A stretch of 32,000 bases of DNA from Aeropyrum pernix K1 (GTDB lineage Archaea; Thermoproteota; Thermoprotei_A; Sulfolobales; Acidilobaceae), in the NCBI RefSeq assembly GCF_000011125.1, contig NC_000854.2:120001-152000 (forward strand), in the 5' to 3' direction. How positions within the stretch are numbered: position 1 is the stretch's first letter; each line of letters starts with the position of its first letter. Below are positions 1 to 8,431 of the stretch, one piece after another. The notes beneath the pieces are model-generated. The model was not told the DNA's origin and made no database searches. It saw only the letters and a list, made by a program, of their open reading frames with translations. A program made the translations under genes and the position numbers.

Positions 1-1
1 G

Positions 2-151
2 AACGACCACCTTGAGGCTATACCTAATGAAAGGATTATTGCAAGACTGACCATTAGCGAGTTTACCGGCCTAGTTATCTCGATAGCAGCCTTCACCTTT
101 TCCCGGGCACTCGCCAATCTAGGCCCCAGAGAATGTGGAGCCCTCGGTTAG
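2..151 (+). CDS. 3' end of a truncated open reading frame entering the window (unknown product)
   Basis: Frame open from base 2 to TAG at 149-151 (NDHLEAIPNERIIARLTISEFTGLVISIAAFTFSRALANLGPRECGALG*), just upstream of lysS on the same strand. Not in the ORF track because its start lies outside the window. Confidence 0.4.
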   Translation, partial: NDHLEAIPNERIIARLTISEFTGLVISIAAFTFSRALANLGPRECGALG

Positions 152-184
152 AAGCTTTTACTATTTTAGATGCTAACCCGATCA

Positions 185-1858
185 ATGGTATTGGTAAATG
201 AAGCGTGGTGGGTGGAGCCGTTGCCCGTACACTGGGTCGATAAGCTTGTTGCGGAGTTAGAGGCGAAGCTCCAGAATAGGGGTAAGGACGAGTATATCTT
301 CAACGGCGGTCTAAGCGTTAGCGGGCTCCAGCACATAGGGAGGCTAAGGGGCGAGGTCCTCCTTGGGGAGGCAGTCAGGAGAGAGCTTGAGAAGAGAGGC
401 TTCAGAGTTAAGCAGCTTCTAACACTGTACACAGTAGATCCCTGGAAAGGGAAGGATGAACAGAGGAGGGAATTCCCCGATCCGAAGGCTGCAGAGAGAT
501 ATGTGGGCTGGCCTCTTGATAGGGTGCCAGATCCTAAGGGCTGCCATGCTAGCTGGGTCGACCACTTCTGGAGCGACTTCGGGCCATATATAGGAGTCTT
601 TACCGACGGCAAGATAGAGGTGGTTACAACACGAGAATTGTACAAGGGCAGGCTGAAAGAATTCATAACCACCATGGTGCTGCCCCGCAGGGATGAAATA
701 AGGAGGGTTATAAACAAGTATAGGGGGCGTAAGCCCTACCAGGAGGGGTGGATACCCCTCGAGCCGCGGTGTGCACGCTGCGGCAGGATAGACTCAACCG
801 AGGCTCTAGAGATTCTAGGGGGAGAGAGGGTTAGGTACAGGTGCAGCTACTGCGGCTACCAAGGTGAGTCGAGCATTGAGGATTCTAAGCTAAACTGGAG
901 GATAGAGTGGGCTGGCGTCTGGTGGAGCCTCGGAGTCGATTTCGAACCCTACGGTAAGGACCACGCAACACCCGGCGGAAGCAGGGATAGCGCAGCCGAG
1001 CTGGCCAGGCTTCTGGGGTTCGAGCCGCCGGAGGGTGTGTGGTACGAGTGGGTATCCCTTAGGGCTGGGGGTAGAGAGGCTGACATGAGCAGCAGCGGCT
1101 TCACGGGAATAACTCCCCGGGAGTGGCTTGACATAGCACACCCCCAGATCCTAAGGTTCATATACTTTCTGCATCCGCCGACTAGGCGGGTAGTAGTCGA
1201 CCTGTCAGAGATCCCAAGCTATTATAGCCAGTACTATAGGGCTGAGAGGATATACTTCGGCATAGAGGAGGCCTCTACGGTTGAGGAGACGAGATACCTA
1301 GCTAGGACCTACGAGCTTAGCCATCCCTCGAACCCCCCCGCGAAGCCTCCCTCACAGATCCCATACAGCCACGCAGCAATAGTTGCGCAGGTGGTCGGCC
1401 CTGAAAGGCTGTGGACCGATGGTCTCGAGAGGCTTAAGAGGGCAGGCCTTCTGGGCCATGACGAGTATAGCATCCGGTGGGCAAAAGAGCTACTCGAAAA
1501 GGCCTACAAATGGGCTAGGAGATATGCGCCTAAGCACCTAAAGTTCGAGATACCTGACTCGCCTCCCGAGGATGCATTAAGGAGGATAGAAAAGCCCGAC
1601 TTGCTTGAGAAGCTGGCGGAGGTCCTCGAGAGTGTTGAGGAGTGGAGTGAGGAAAGGATAAAGCAGGCCTTAGTGGAGTTTGGTGAGGGCATGAGTAGTA
1701 GTGAGAGGAGAAGGTTCTACAGGGACTTCTACCTAGCCATCGTAGGGAGGCCGGAGGGGCCCAGGGCGGCCCCTCTACTGAGTCTTATGGATCGCGGATT
1801 CGTTGTTGACAGGCTCAGGAAGGCGGCTAACCTGTCGAGGGAGCTAAAAGGTAGGTAA
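185..1858 (+). CDS. lysS: Lysyl-tRNA synthetase, class I
   Basis: ORF 170..1858. Class I synthetase N-terminus (FNGGLSVSGLQHIGRLRGEVLLGE, HIGH-like HIGR), KGKDE, zinc-knuckle cysteines CARCG...CSYCG, LysRS-I-like architecture. ATG at 185 (MVLVNEAWW) is as plausible as ATG at 170. Confidence 0.93.
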   Translation: MVLVNEAWWVEPLPVHWVDKLVAELEAKLQNRGKDEYIFNGGLSVSGLQHIGRLRGEVLLGEAVRRELEKRGFRVKQLLTLYTVDPWKGKDEQRREFPDPKAAERYVGWPLDRVPDPKGCHASWVDHFWSDFGPYIGVFTDGKIEVVTTRELYKGRLKEFITTMVLPRRDEIRRVINKYRGRKPYQEGWIPLEPRCARCGRIDSTEALEILGGERVRYRCSYCGYQGESSIEDSKLNWRIEWAGVWWSLGVDFEPYGKDHATPGGSRDSAAELARLLGFEPPEGVWYEWVSLRAGGREADMSSSGFTGITPREWLDIAHPQILRFIYFLHPPTRRVVVDLSEIPSYYSQYYRAERIYFGIEEASTVEETRYLARTYELSHPSNPPAKPPSQIPYSHAAIVAQVVGPERLWTDGLERLKRAGLLGHDEYSIRWAKELLEKAYKWARRYAPKHLKFEIPDSPPEDALRRIEKPDLLEKLAEVLESVEEWSEERIKQALVEFGEGMSSSERRRFYRDFYLAIVGRPEGPRAAPLLSLMDRGFVVDRLRKAANLSRELKGR

Positions 1859-2570
1859 CCCTACTGCCGTCCGGCGACTTGAACACCATCTTCAAAGGCT
1901 TGTCGGTGGAGAACGACAGCTCTATGCTCTCAGCTATCTTAGCCACACCAAGCATCCTCTTCAAGTAGCCCACGTCGTACCTGCTTGTGGCCGGCTCCTT
2001 AACCTCAAGGTCTATCAGGGCGGGGCTCTCCCTAGTTAGCCTGGTCTCTACCCTTCTCCTCTCAGGACCTACACTCCTTATGGAAAGATAATCCTCGCCA
2101 GCGTCGAACTCCACAATATCTCCCACAAGCTCGACATCACGCAGTGTTTTCTTAACAACGTCAGCTATAACAGTGGCGGTGGCGTCGAACTCGAGGGAGA
2201 TATCCTCAGGAACATCCACTATAACTTCAAGATTGGGGAGAAGATACCTCCTCAGGACAACGCTCTCGACGATGAACAGGACTTTATCCTCCCTAACCCT
2301 TACCTCCAGCTGGTCACCCTTCTTTGCCCTCGCCACTACACCCTTAAGAGTCTCCATGTTAACGCCTAGCTCCACACGCTCGACATCCCCAGCCATGTAG
2401 AAGTCGAAGAATGATGAAGACGGTATTTCTATGTCGACTAATGCAACCCTCGCCGGATCCATGCCTCTAAGCCTCAGACCCTCTCCTGTTATTATAAACA
2501 GGCCCTCGTCCAGGATTTTAGACACGCTGTCTACTAGTTCCTTAAACACCTTAGCCTCGTATCTAAACAT
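1827..2570 (-). CDS. pcn: DNA polymerase sliding clamp (PCNA)
   Basis: Protein MFRYEAKVFKELVDSVSKILDEGLFIITGEGLRLRGMDPARVALVDIEIP...RRVETRLTRE... is typical archaeal PCNA. The track ORF extends to a TTG at 2639, but PCNA-like sequence begins at the ATG at 2568-2570. Confidence 0.93.
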   Translation of the reverse strand: MFRYEAKVFKELVDSVSKILDEGLFIITGEGLRLRGMDPARVALVDIEIPSSSFFDFYMAGDVERVELGVNMETLKGVVARAKKGDQLEVRVREDKVLFIVESVVLRRYLLPNLEVIVDVPEDISLEFDATATVIADVVKKTLRDVELVGDIVEFDAGEDYLSIRSVGPERRRVETRLTRESPALIDLEVKEPATSRYDVGYLKRMLGVAKIAESIELSFSTDKPLKMVFKSPDGSRVTYLLAPSTG

Positions 2571-2823
2571 AGCCTTATAATCGGTAAACTCTGAGTCTAG
2601 GGTGGCCTCAGAGGACACAATAGAGCACCCCAATTCCAATTGTGGACGCAGCTAGGCTAAATAAGGGAGGCTCCACTATATAATCAAGCTGGGTGCACCG
2701 GGGCCCGATGAAGAGTACGCCATCGCCCGACGGACTCTTTCCAGCCGTGGGGGAAGCCTGTCCCCCTTGAGGGTCCCGGAGGGTCTGGTATGTTCGCTAA
2801 TTTTCTGGAAGTCTGCGGAGATG

Positions 2824-4245
2824 CTACCTGTATGTCTCTGCTCTCTCCTTCTTCGCTAGGATATAATATGGACTCTCTAGAATGATGCCTTCCCTCTGCT
2901 TAACAGGGGCTAGGCACCCTGTAGACATGAAGGATCCTGGAGTTGGAAGTTTACCTTCACCGGGTAGAGGGTCCACATATATCTCCCGCCCTGCCAGCCT
3001 TTCGCCGAGTGTTCTTAGCCCGGGTGAGTCCATGTGGAATGCTAGGATCTCACTTGCCCCTGTCATGGCAGCTATGCTTGCGGCCTCTTCAGGGCTAGAG
3101 ACGTATACTATTGGCAAAACAGGGAATCTGGGATCCCTGGAAAGAACTATCGGATCCTTAACTACACCCTCGACCACTGAGGGCCAGACATAGCGTCCAT
3201 TCCTTTTGTACCCTGTTGGCACCACGCCCCCCATACCCTCGATATAGTTAACGTACCTCTCAGACGCTTCAGCTAGACCAGGCTTTATTAGCGGGCCCAT
3301 GGCCGTAGAAGGGTCTGTGGGGTCGCCGACCCTCAAAGACTCAGCAGCATCGACAAGCGCGTCTACCTCACCTCTGGAGAGTCTTCCAATAGCTATTACC
3401 CAGCCTATGCTGCCGCAGGCTTGGCCCGCGTGGAGGGACCTCCCGTACATGATGAACTTGGCTATGACATCGTCGACAGAGCCGGCTGAGACTATTGCCG
3501 CTGATCTCCCCCGGCTAGCTGAGATACCCGCTCTTGCAACGGCGGCTTTGGAAGGGCATGTAAAGGCTATCGACTCTGATCTGAACACCCTGGACAGCCC
3601 TAGCAGGGACGCGCCAGTAGTAAACACCAGGTTTAGGCTATCCTCCATACCAAGGCGGGACGCGGCTGCAGCAACCAAAGCAGGAGCCAGCGGCGCCTTC
3701 CGAGGAGGTTTAAGCAAAACACCCATACCCCTCCCTGCAGCGTAGAAGAGAGAGTATACCGTGTTGTAGAGGGGCATAGTGTAGTCGGGCATAGCAACTA
3801 GTACACCACGGAACCTCTCCTCACCTAGCCCCGCCGAGGACCTCAAAAGCCTGAGGGAGGCTTCAACCTCAAGCCTAGCCTCAACCCTAGTCTTCCCCGT
3901 GTCCAGCACAAGAGTTTCGACAAGAATCTCATCCATATCCGAAAGCTCAGCCTCGAGAGCCTCAAGAGAATCCGGCAGTACAGGCTCCTGGGGGGAAACT
4001 TCCCAGAGACTAGGAGAGACGCCGTGCTCCGACACAGGCGCCTTCAACATAGCCGCGTAGGCAAGCCTGCTACCGTCTATAGGCGTGTCTATGCTGAGAG
4101 TCTCCACACCCTCTACAAACCTGCCCCCAACAATACTGTGGAGAACGGGCAAACCCGCTCTCTCGTCGACCGAGAAGCCATAAGACTCTATAGCCTTGAA
4201 GTATGACCTGAGCACCCTACTCTTCTCCAAGACGCAGGACCTCAA
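2824..4245 (-). CDS. Aldehyde dehydrogenase superfamily protein (divergent)
   Basis: 473 aa; ALDH-like Cys motif (FIMYGRSLHAGQACGSIGWVIA), FTTGASLLG in place of FTGS, C-terminal DPR...PVLPIVYVSSPEEA. Canonical ELGGK and PWNFP motifs not recognisable. Confidence 0.75.
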   Translation of the reverse strand: MRSCVLEKSRVLRSYFKAIESYGFSVDERAGLPVLHSIVGGRFVEGVETLSIDTPIDGSRLAYAAMLKAPVSEHGVSPSLWEVSPQEPVLPDSLEALEAELSDMDEILVETLVLDTGKTRVEARLEVEASLRLLRSSAGLGEERFRGVLVAMPDYTMPLYNTVYSLFYAAGRGMGVLLKPPRKAPLAPALVAAAASRLGMEDSLNLVFTTGASLLGLSRVFRSESIAFTCPSKAAVARAGISASRGRSAAIVSAGSVDDVIAKFIMYGRSLHAGQACGSIGWVIAIGRLSRGEVDALVDAAESLRVGDPTDPSTAMGPLIKPGLAEASERYVNYIEGMGGVVPTGYKRNGRYVWPSVVEGVVKDPIVLSRDPRFPVLPIVYVSSPEEAASIAAMTGASEILAFHMDSPGLRTLGERLAGREIYVDPLPGEGKLPTPGSFMSTGCLAPVKQREGIILESPYYILAKKERAETYR

Positions 4246-4411
4246 AAATAGATAGTACCCTCTAGGAGGAAATAGGCTTGCACGCTATCTCGTGGTACTA
4301 AAAATCAGGCCTCCACTCCACCTACGGATCGCCGCGCCGGCCAGGCGTGTGACGCCCAGGCCGTAGTTAGCGTGCAATACTGAATCTAGGATCCGGCTCG
4401 TGGAAAGCACT

Positions 4412-5008
4412 CTAAACCTCCTCTAAACTGCCCTCAGCCCTAGCTAGCGCTACAGCCATAGCGAAGAGAGCATCGCTTGCCCTGTTGACTATCCTCAATA
4501 TGAGGGGGTCCACAGAAACGCCGCTCCTCATCGCAGTAACAAGCCTTCGCTCCGCCCGCCTGACAGCTGCTCTCGCCGCATGAATCGCTGCGACCTTGGA
4601 ACTTCCAGCTGGCAGGACGAACCTGCGCAGGGGTTCACCGTAGTAACTGTCTGCCATACTTTCAAGCTTTTTGAGATCCTCCTCTCCGACCCTGGGCTCT
4701 GTTGATGAGAAGGTGAAGCCAATGTTGAACAGGAGTCTTTGCATCCATTTTAAGTCGTTGTCAATGCTACCTTCTAACCCCTCTCCGGATAGGAAGCTCC
4801 TGGCCAGGCCTATGAGGCTGTTCGCCTCGTCTAGAGTCCCAAGGAATTCTATGAGCGGGTGATCCTTTGGTACCCTAACAGGCTTCCTTCCCTCCCCCAG
4901 GGCGAAGCACCATGTCTCTCCTGAATCCCCCGTTCTAGTGTAGAGGCTGCCCACCTTCAAAACCCCCAAATAGTCCACTATAATCTCAATATTGATTAGT
5001 GCTTTCAA
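4412..5008 (-). CDS. Cob(I)alamin / cob(I)yrinic acid a,c-diamide adenosyltransferase, PduO type
   Basis: LYTRTGDSGETWCF...EFLGTLDEANSLIGLAR...FNIGFTFSS...FVLPAGSSKVAAIHAARAAVRRAERRLV...RIVNRASDALFAMAVALAR: diagnostic PduO-type ATR motifs. True start may be downstream of 5008. Confidence 0.92.
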   Translation of the reverse strand: MKALINIEIIVDYLGVLKVGSLYTRTGDSGETWCFALGEGRKPVRVPKDHPLIEFLGTLDEANSLIGLARSFLSGEGLEGSIDNDLKWMQRLLFNIGFTFSSTEPRVGEEDLKKLESMADSYYGEPLRRFVLPAGSSKVAAIHAARAAVRRAERRLVTAMRSGVSVDPLILRIVNRASDALFAMAVALARAEGSLEEV

Positions 5009-5062
5009 GCTTCTTAACTCAACCAGCAGGATCAGGGCATCACTTGCAATGATTTATAGGGG

Positions 5063-5186
5063 TGGAGCCGCCGGCGGGATTCGAACCCGCGACCACCGGC
5101 TGTCCCGGGGGCTCCACTTCTGGCGGGTGGACGACCTCGGAGCTAGCCCGTACGAGGCCGGCGCTCTACCGCTGAGCTACGGCGGC
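5063..5186 (-). tRNA. tRNA-Thr (anticodon CGT) with 49-nt canonical 37/38 intron and encoded CCA
   Basis: Minus strand: GCCGCCG acceptor / CGGCGGC, D arm GCTC-AGCGGTA-GAGC, anticodon stem CCGGC/GCCGG, spliced loop CTCGTAA, T arm GCGGG-TTCGAAT-CCCGC, discriminator T, CCA encoded. Intron 5102-5150; exon CTCG pairs with intron CGGG between bulges TA|C and AC|A, fitting a bulge-helix-bulge. Confidence 0.92.
5102..5150 (-). other. tRNA-Thr intron (archaeal bulge-helix-bulge type)
   Basis: Minus-strand CGGGCTAGCTCCGAGGTCGTCCACCCGCCAGAAGTGGAGCCCCCGGGAC interrupts the anticodon loop after position 37; removal restores a standard cloverleaf. Confidence 0.85.
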
Positions 5187-5248
5187 CCTCATCCTTGGGT
5201 TTACACTTATTCATCCGAGGGTTTAAGGGTTATCTATGGGTAGTCTAG

Positions 5249-5635
5249 ATGGAGAGTGGATCGTGGAGGCCACCCTTCTCGACAGGCAAGATCGTGGGGA
5301 ACTATGGCCTCCTCAAACTCTACCTTGAGGTTGCCAGGGAGAAGGGAAGGAGGGATCTAGTTGATAAGGCTTTAATCTCAGAGGACGATGTAGATATGCT
5401 GCGCAGACTCTCGGCCTCACCAGGAGCTACTGCAGAGGACTTTGTTAACGCCCTAGAAGAGAGGTTCGTAGAAAGGGTTGACCCGGAAGTAGCCTCGGAG
5501 GCCCTCGCCCGAGCCGGCATTAACGTTGACGGAGATACTGCAAGGAGAATGATAGCTAGGATACTCGCGGGGTGGCTAGTGGAGATGGGGGAGGAGATGA
5601 AGCTGTACAGGCTCAGAAGGTCATGGGAGGACTAG
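5249..5635 (+). CDS. Conserved-looking hypothetical protein, 128 aa
   Basis: Intact ORF with charged, helix-rich composition; no recognisable family; ends convergent with the minus-strand HTH gene. Confidence 0.6.
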   Translation: MESGSWRPPFSTGKIVGNYGLLKLYLEVAREKGRRDLVDKALISEDDVDMLRRLSASPGATAEDFVNALEERFVERVDPEVASEALARAGINVDGDTARRMIARILAGWLVEMGEEMKLYRLRRSWED

Positions 5636-6015
5636 GGGTTGGCTAGGCGGGCGCTTCTCCTAACTCCCGCCAGCCTCATTCTCGCTACACTCTCCTCCAG
5701 CGCTTCCGCCAGAAGTCTTCCCGGGAGTCTCTCCTCGATTATCCAGTTTACTAGGCTCCTAATACTCTCCGCGAGGTCCTCTGATATAGCTATAGCTATC
5801 TCCTCCTTCTCCTCTCTAGACGCAATTTCCAGGGCCTTTGCCACGGTCTTGTCGCTAGGGTGGGTGGCCCCGGAGATGTATTTCGCTATAGCCGCTGGAG
5901 TTACCCCGAGTTCGCTGGCCAGCTCGCGGTATGTCCTGGTAGAGAGTAGTATCGCTATTATCTTCCTCCTCGTCTCCTTACCAAGCATGTGGACGAACAG
6001 CAGACCCTCTTCCAA
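5632..6015 (-). CDS. Predicted HTH DNA-binding protein, 127 aa
   Basis: TRTYRELASELGVTPAAIAKYISGATHPSDKTVAKALEIA resembles a Cro/XRE-type helix-turn-helix. The opposite-strand ORF 5639..6073 is judged a shadow. Confidence 0.75.
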   Translation of the reverse strand: MEEGLLFVHMLGKETRRKIIAILLSTRTYRELASELGVTPAAIAKYISGATHPSDKTVAKALEIASREEKEEIAIAISEDLAESIRSLVNWIIEERLPGRLLAEALEESVARMRLAGVRRSARLANP

Positions 6016-6079
6016 GGGAGTCTCTACACCTATGAGTAGTCGGGCCGCGAGGATGTTTTTAGGGGAAAAGTAGTGTAGT

Positions 6080-7303
6080 CTAGCTTAACACCTCTTTAAC
6101 CAGCTTTGAGAGTATAGATATCCCCTCCGGTATCTCCTCCTCAGTGTTGAAGCTGTAGCTGAGCCTAGCAGTATTCCTGCCCGCACCAGGCGTCACGTGA
6201 AACGCGTCGCCAGGCACGTATGCCACACCCCTCTCCACGGCTTTTGGCATTAAAGCCCGCATGTCCACAGGCCCGTTTATCCTGAGGAATATGAAGAACC
6301 CTCCAATAGGCTTCGTCCACGTCGCCACTCCGCTCATGTTCTCCTCGAGAGACTCGATCATGATATCTCTCTTCCTGCGGTAGATAGATACGGCCCTCGA
6401 GATCACCTTATCCACAATCCCCCTCTCAAGAGCCTCCGCCGCTATATACTGGTCGAGAGTGCTCGTGTGAAGATCTACTATCTGCTTCAGAAGCTCTATC
6501 CTAGCCGTGACCTCAGACGGGGCAAGGGTTAGGCCAAGCCTCAGGCCCGGTGCCAGTATTTTGCTGAAGGTTGTCACATAGACAACCCTACCTTCAGAGT
6601 CGAGCGCCTGTAGAGGCACCTCTTCGCCCGTCTTCTCGAAGGCTATGTGGCTATAGGGGTCATCCTCTATCACCAGCATGTCATAGTTTGAGGCCAGCTG
6701 AAGCAGTTCCCGCCTCCTATCAAGCGGCATTGTAGTGCCGTTAGGATTGTTGCATGTAGGGTTAGTGTAGACAAGCTTCGGCTTAACCCCCTCAGCATCT
6801 AGCCTGTCAAGAGTTTCAGCCAGCACGCCCGTGTTGAGGCCCTTATCGTCTACTGGTACTGGAACTATCCTAGCTCCAAGTGCTTTGAACACGTTTATAG
6901 CGGCCAGATAGCCGGGCTCCTCCATAATGACCACGTCGCCCGGAGACAGAGTGGACAGGGCTGTCAGGAAGAGGGCCTCCTGGCTCCCAGTAGTAACCAG
7001 TAGCTGCCTATCACTAGTCTTCAAGCCCATACGCTCAAGAAACGAGAGAGCCCTCTCCCTAAAGATGGAGACTCCCGGTGTAGGGCTGTACTGGAGAGCC
7101 TTATCGCCAAGCTCGGAGACAACATTCCTAGCTATATCAGCCAGCTCCTCAGCTGGGAAAACCCTGGGGTCGGGAAGTCCACCTGCGAAGCTTATGACTC
7201 TCTTGCCCTCAGTAAGCTTGAGAAGCTCTCTCACGTCAGACGCTCTGAAACGCCTTGTAATCTCTGAGAAAAGCCTGTCGTAATCTACCATGTCGCTGCG
7301 CAC
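6080..7303 (-). CDS. PLP-dependent aminotransferase, class I/II (2-aminoadipate / aromatic aminotransferase-like)
   Basis: ISFAGGLPDPRVFPAEEL, YSPTPGVSIFRER, TGSQEALFL, YTNPTCNNPNGTTM, VIEDDPYSHI, TTFSKILAPGLRLGL (Schiff-base Lys), C-terminal ARLSYS. Confidence 0.93.
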   Translation of the reverse strand: MRSDMVDYDRLFSEITRRFRASDVRELLKLTEGKRVISFAGGLPDPRVFPAEELADIARNVVSELGDKALQYSPTPGVSIFRERALSFLERMGLKTSDRQLLVTTGSQEALFLTALSTLSPGDVVIMEEPGYLAAINVFKALGARIVPVPVDDKGLNTGVLAETLDRLDAEGVKPKLVYTNPTCNNPNGTTMPLDRRRELLQLASNYDMLVIEDDPYSHIAFEKTGEEVPLQALDSEGRVVYVTTFSKILAPGLRLGLTLAPSEVTARIELLKQIVDLHTSTLDQYIAAEALERGIVDKVISRAVSIYRRKRDIMIESLEENMSGVATWTKPIGGFFIFLRINGPVDMRALMPKAVERGVAYVPGDAFHVTPGAGRNTARLSYSFNTEEEIPEGISILSKLVKEVLS

Positions 7304-7387
7304 CGTAATGTAATATTGTAAAGAAGGGAATCTATAACGGTATCTCCGGGAGAATTTATACCCGACTCACTTGGAGGCTTGAATGTC

Positions 7388-8428
7388 CTACCACAGGGTT
7401 TTCCTGAGGCCCAGGCTCCCGTCAGTGGCCTTCAAGGTTTCGTCCAGGGTTAGAGGGGACGAGGCAACAGCCCTTATGGCATCTATATTTTCCGGCACGA
7501 CGATAGACTCCTGGTGTACCGCCTGGAACAACATAACTTCCCTCCCATCCACAGCAACGCTCTCCTCAAACACTACGAGCTCGGGTATATCATAGCCCAT
7601 CCTCGATAACCTAGCTGCGTCTACGAGCTGCGACGTCGACTTTATACCAGTGTCACCACTGCTAACTAGCATTATACGGGGGGCGGATGCCAGGGTTTCA
7701 AGCACCTCCCTCTTTTCAACAGGCTTTGCCAATTTCAGGGTAACGTGGTGCATATGCATGAACGTTGTTGGCACTGCTACGGCGGCAGTTTTTATGTCAA
7801 GCCAGGGTAGCACTGTTCTTACGTCTACAGCGTGGTGGCTGGGGAGGGTCGGTGGGTTAAGAACAATAGAGTCTATAGGCCCCTTCTTAACCTCCTTAGG
7901 ATCTGCTCCCCTCCTCACGAGAACGGCCCTGACACTCTCGACCCCGAACTCCCTGTTCAGGGTGCATATAAGCCTTAGAAGGCCGGTGGTATTGCATGAC
8001 ACGACCCGAAGGCTCCCCCTTCCCTTGCTCTCCTCGTAGTTGCAGAGGGTGCTGAAGCTGGCCTCGGCAACCTCAGGCTTCTCCCCGCCCTGGTATACCT
8101 GCTTAACACCCGCCTCCCTGTAGAGGGGCTTGTTCTTCGCTCCCTGGCCCTCCGGCGTGGCGTCGACGACAACGTCAACCCGGGCGAGGAGCTCTCTGAG
8201 GGTGCCTCCCACCTTTATGCCGCGTTTCTCAAACTCCTCTGCTTCCTTAGCAGTAGGTGTGTAAATCGGTATCCCCCTGGACGCGGCGTAGAGGGCGGCA
8301 TAGTCCGGGGTCCTCTTAACAACGCCCACAAGCTTCATGTCCTTTTGAAGTGTTATTGCGAGGGCCACCCTCCTGCCTATAGTGCCGAAACCGTTCACAC
8401 CGACTTTAACTACAGACATGAGCGACAC
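7388..8428 (-). CDS. gap: Type II (archaeal) glyceraldehyde-3-phosphate dehydrogenase
   Basis: VKVGVNGFGTIGRRVALAI, SCNTTGLLR, RRGADPKEVKKGPIDSIVLNP, HHAVDVRTVLP, typical archaeal GAPDH. Confidence 0.97.
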   Translation of the reverse strand: MSLMSVVKVGVNGFGTIGRRVALAITLQKDMKLVGVVKRTPDYAALYAASRGIPIYTPTAKEAEEFEKRGIKVGGTLRELLARVDVVVDATPEGQGAKNKPLYREAGVKQVYQGGEKPEVAEASFSTLCNYEESKGRGSLRVVSCNTTGLLRLICTLNREFGVESVRAVLVRRGADPKEVKKGPIDSIVLNPPTLPSHHAVDVRTVLPWLDIKTAAVAVPTTFMHMHHVTLKLAKPVEKREVLETLASAPRIMLVSSGDTGIKSTSQLVDAARLSRMGYDIPELVVFEESVAVDGREVMLFQAVHQESIVVPENIDAIRAVASSPLTLDETLKATDGSLGLRKTLW

Positions 8429-8431
8429 CCC

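Noticed and set aside
166-1692. Antisense ORFs on the minus strand within lysS (166..717, 890..1141, 949..1161, 1504..1692)
   Set aside because: Overlaid on a clearly identified CDS; GC-rich archaeal genomes produce long shadow ORFs; low-complexity Ser/Pro/Leu-rich translations.
5639-6073. Plus-strand ORF of 144 aa opposite the HTH gene
   Set aside because: Ser/Ala-rich antisense shadow of a more credible HTH protein on the minus strand.
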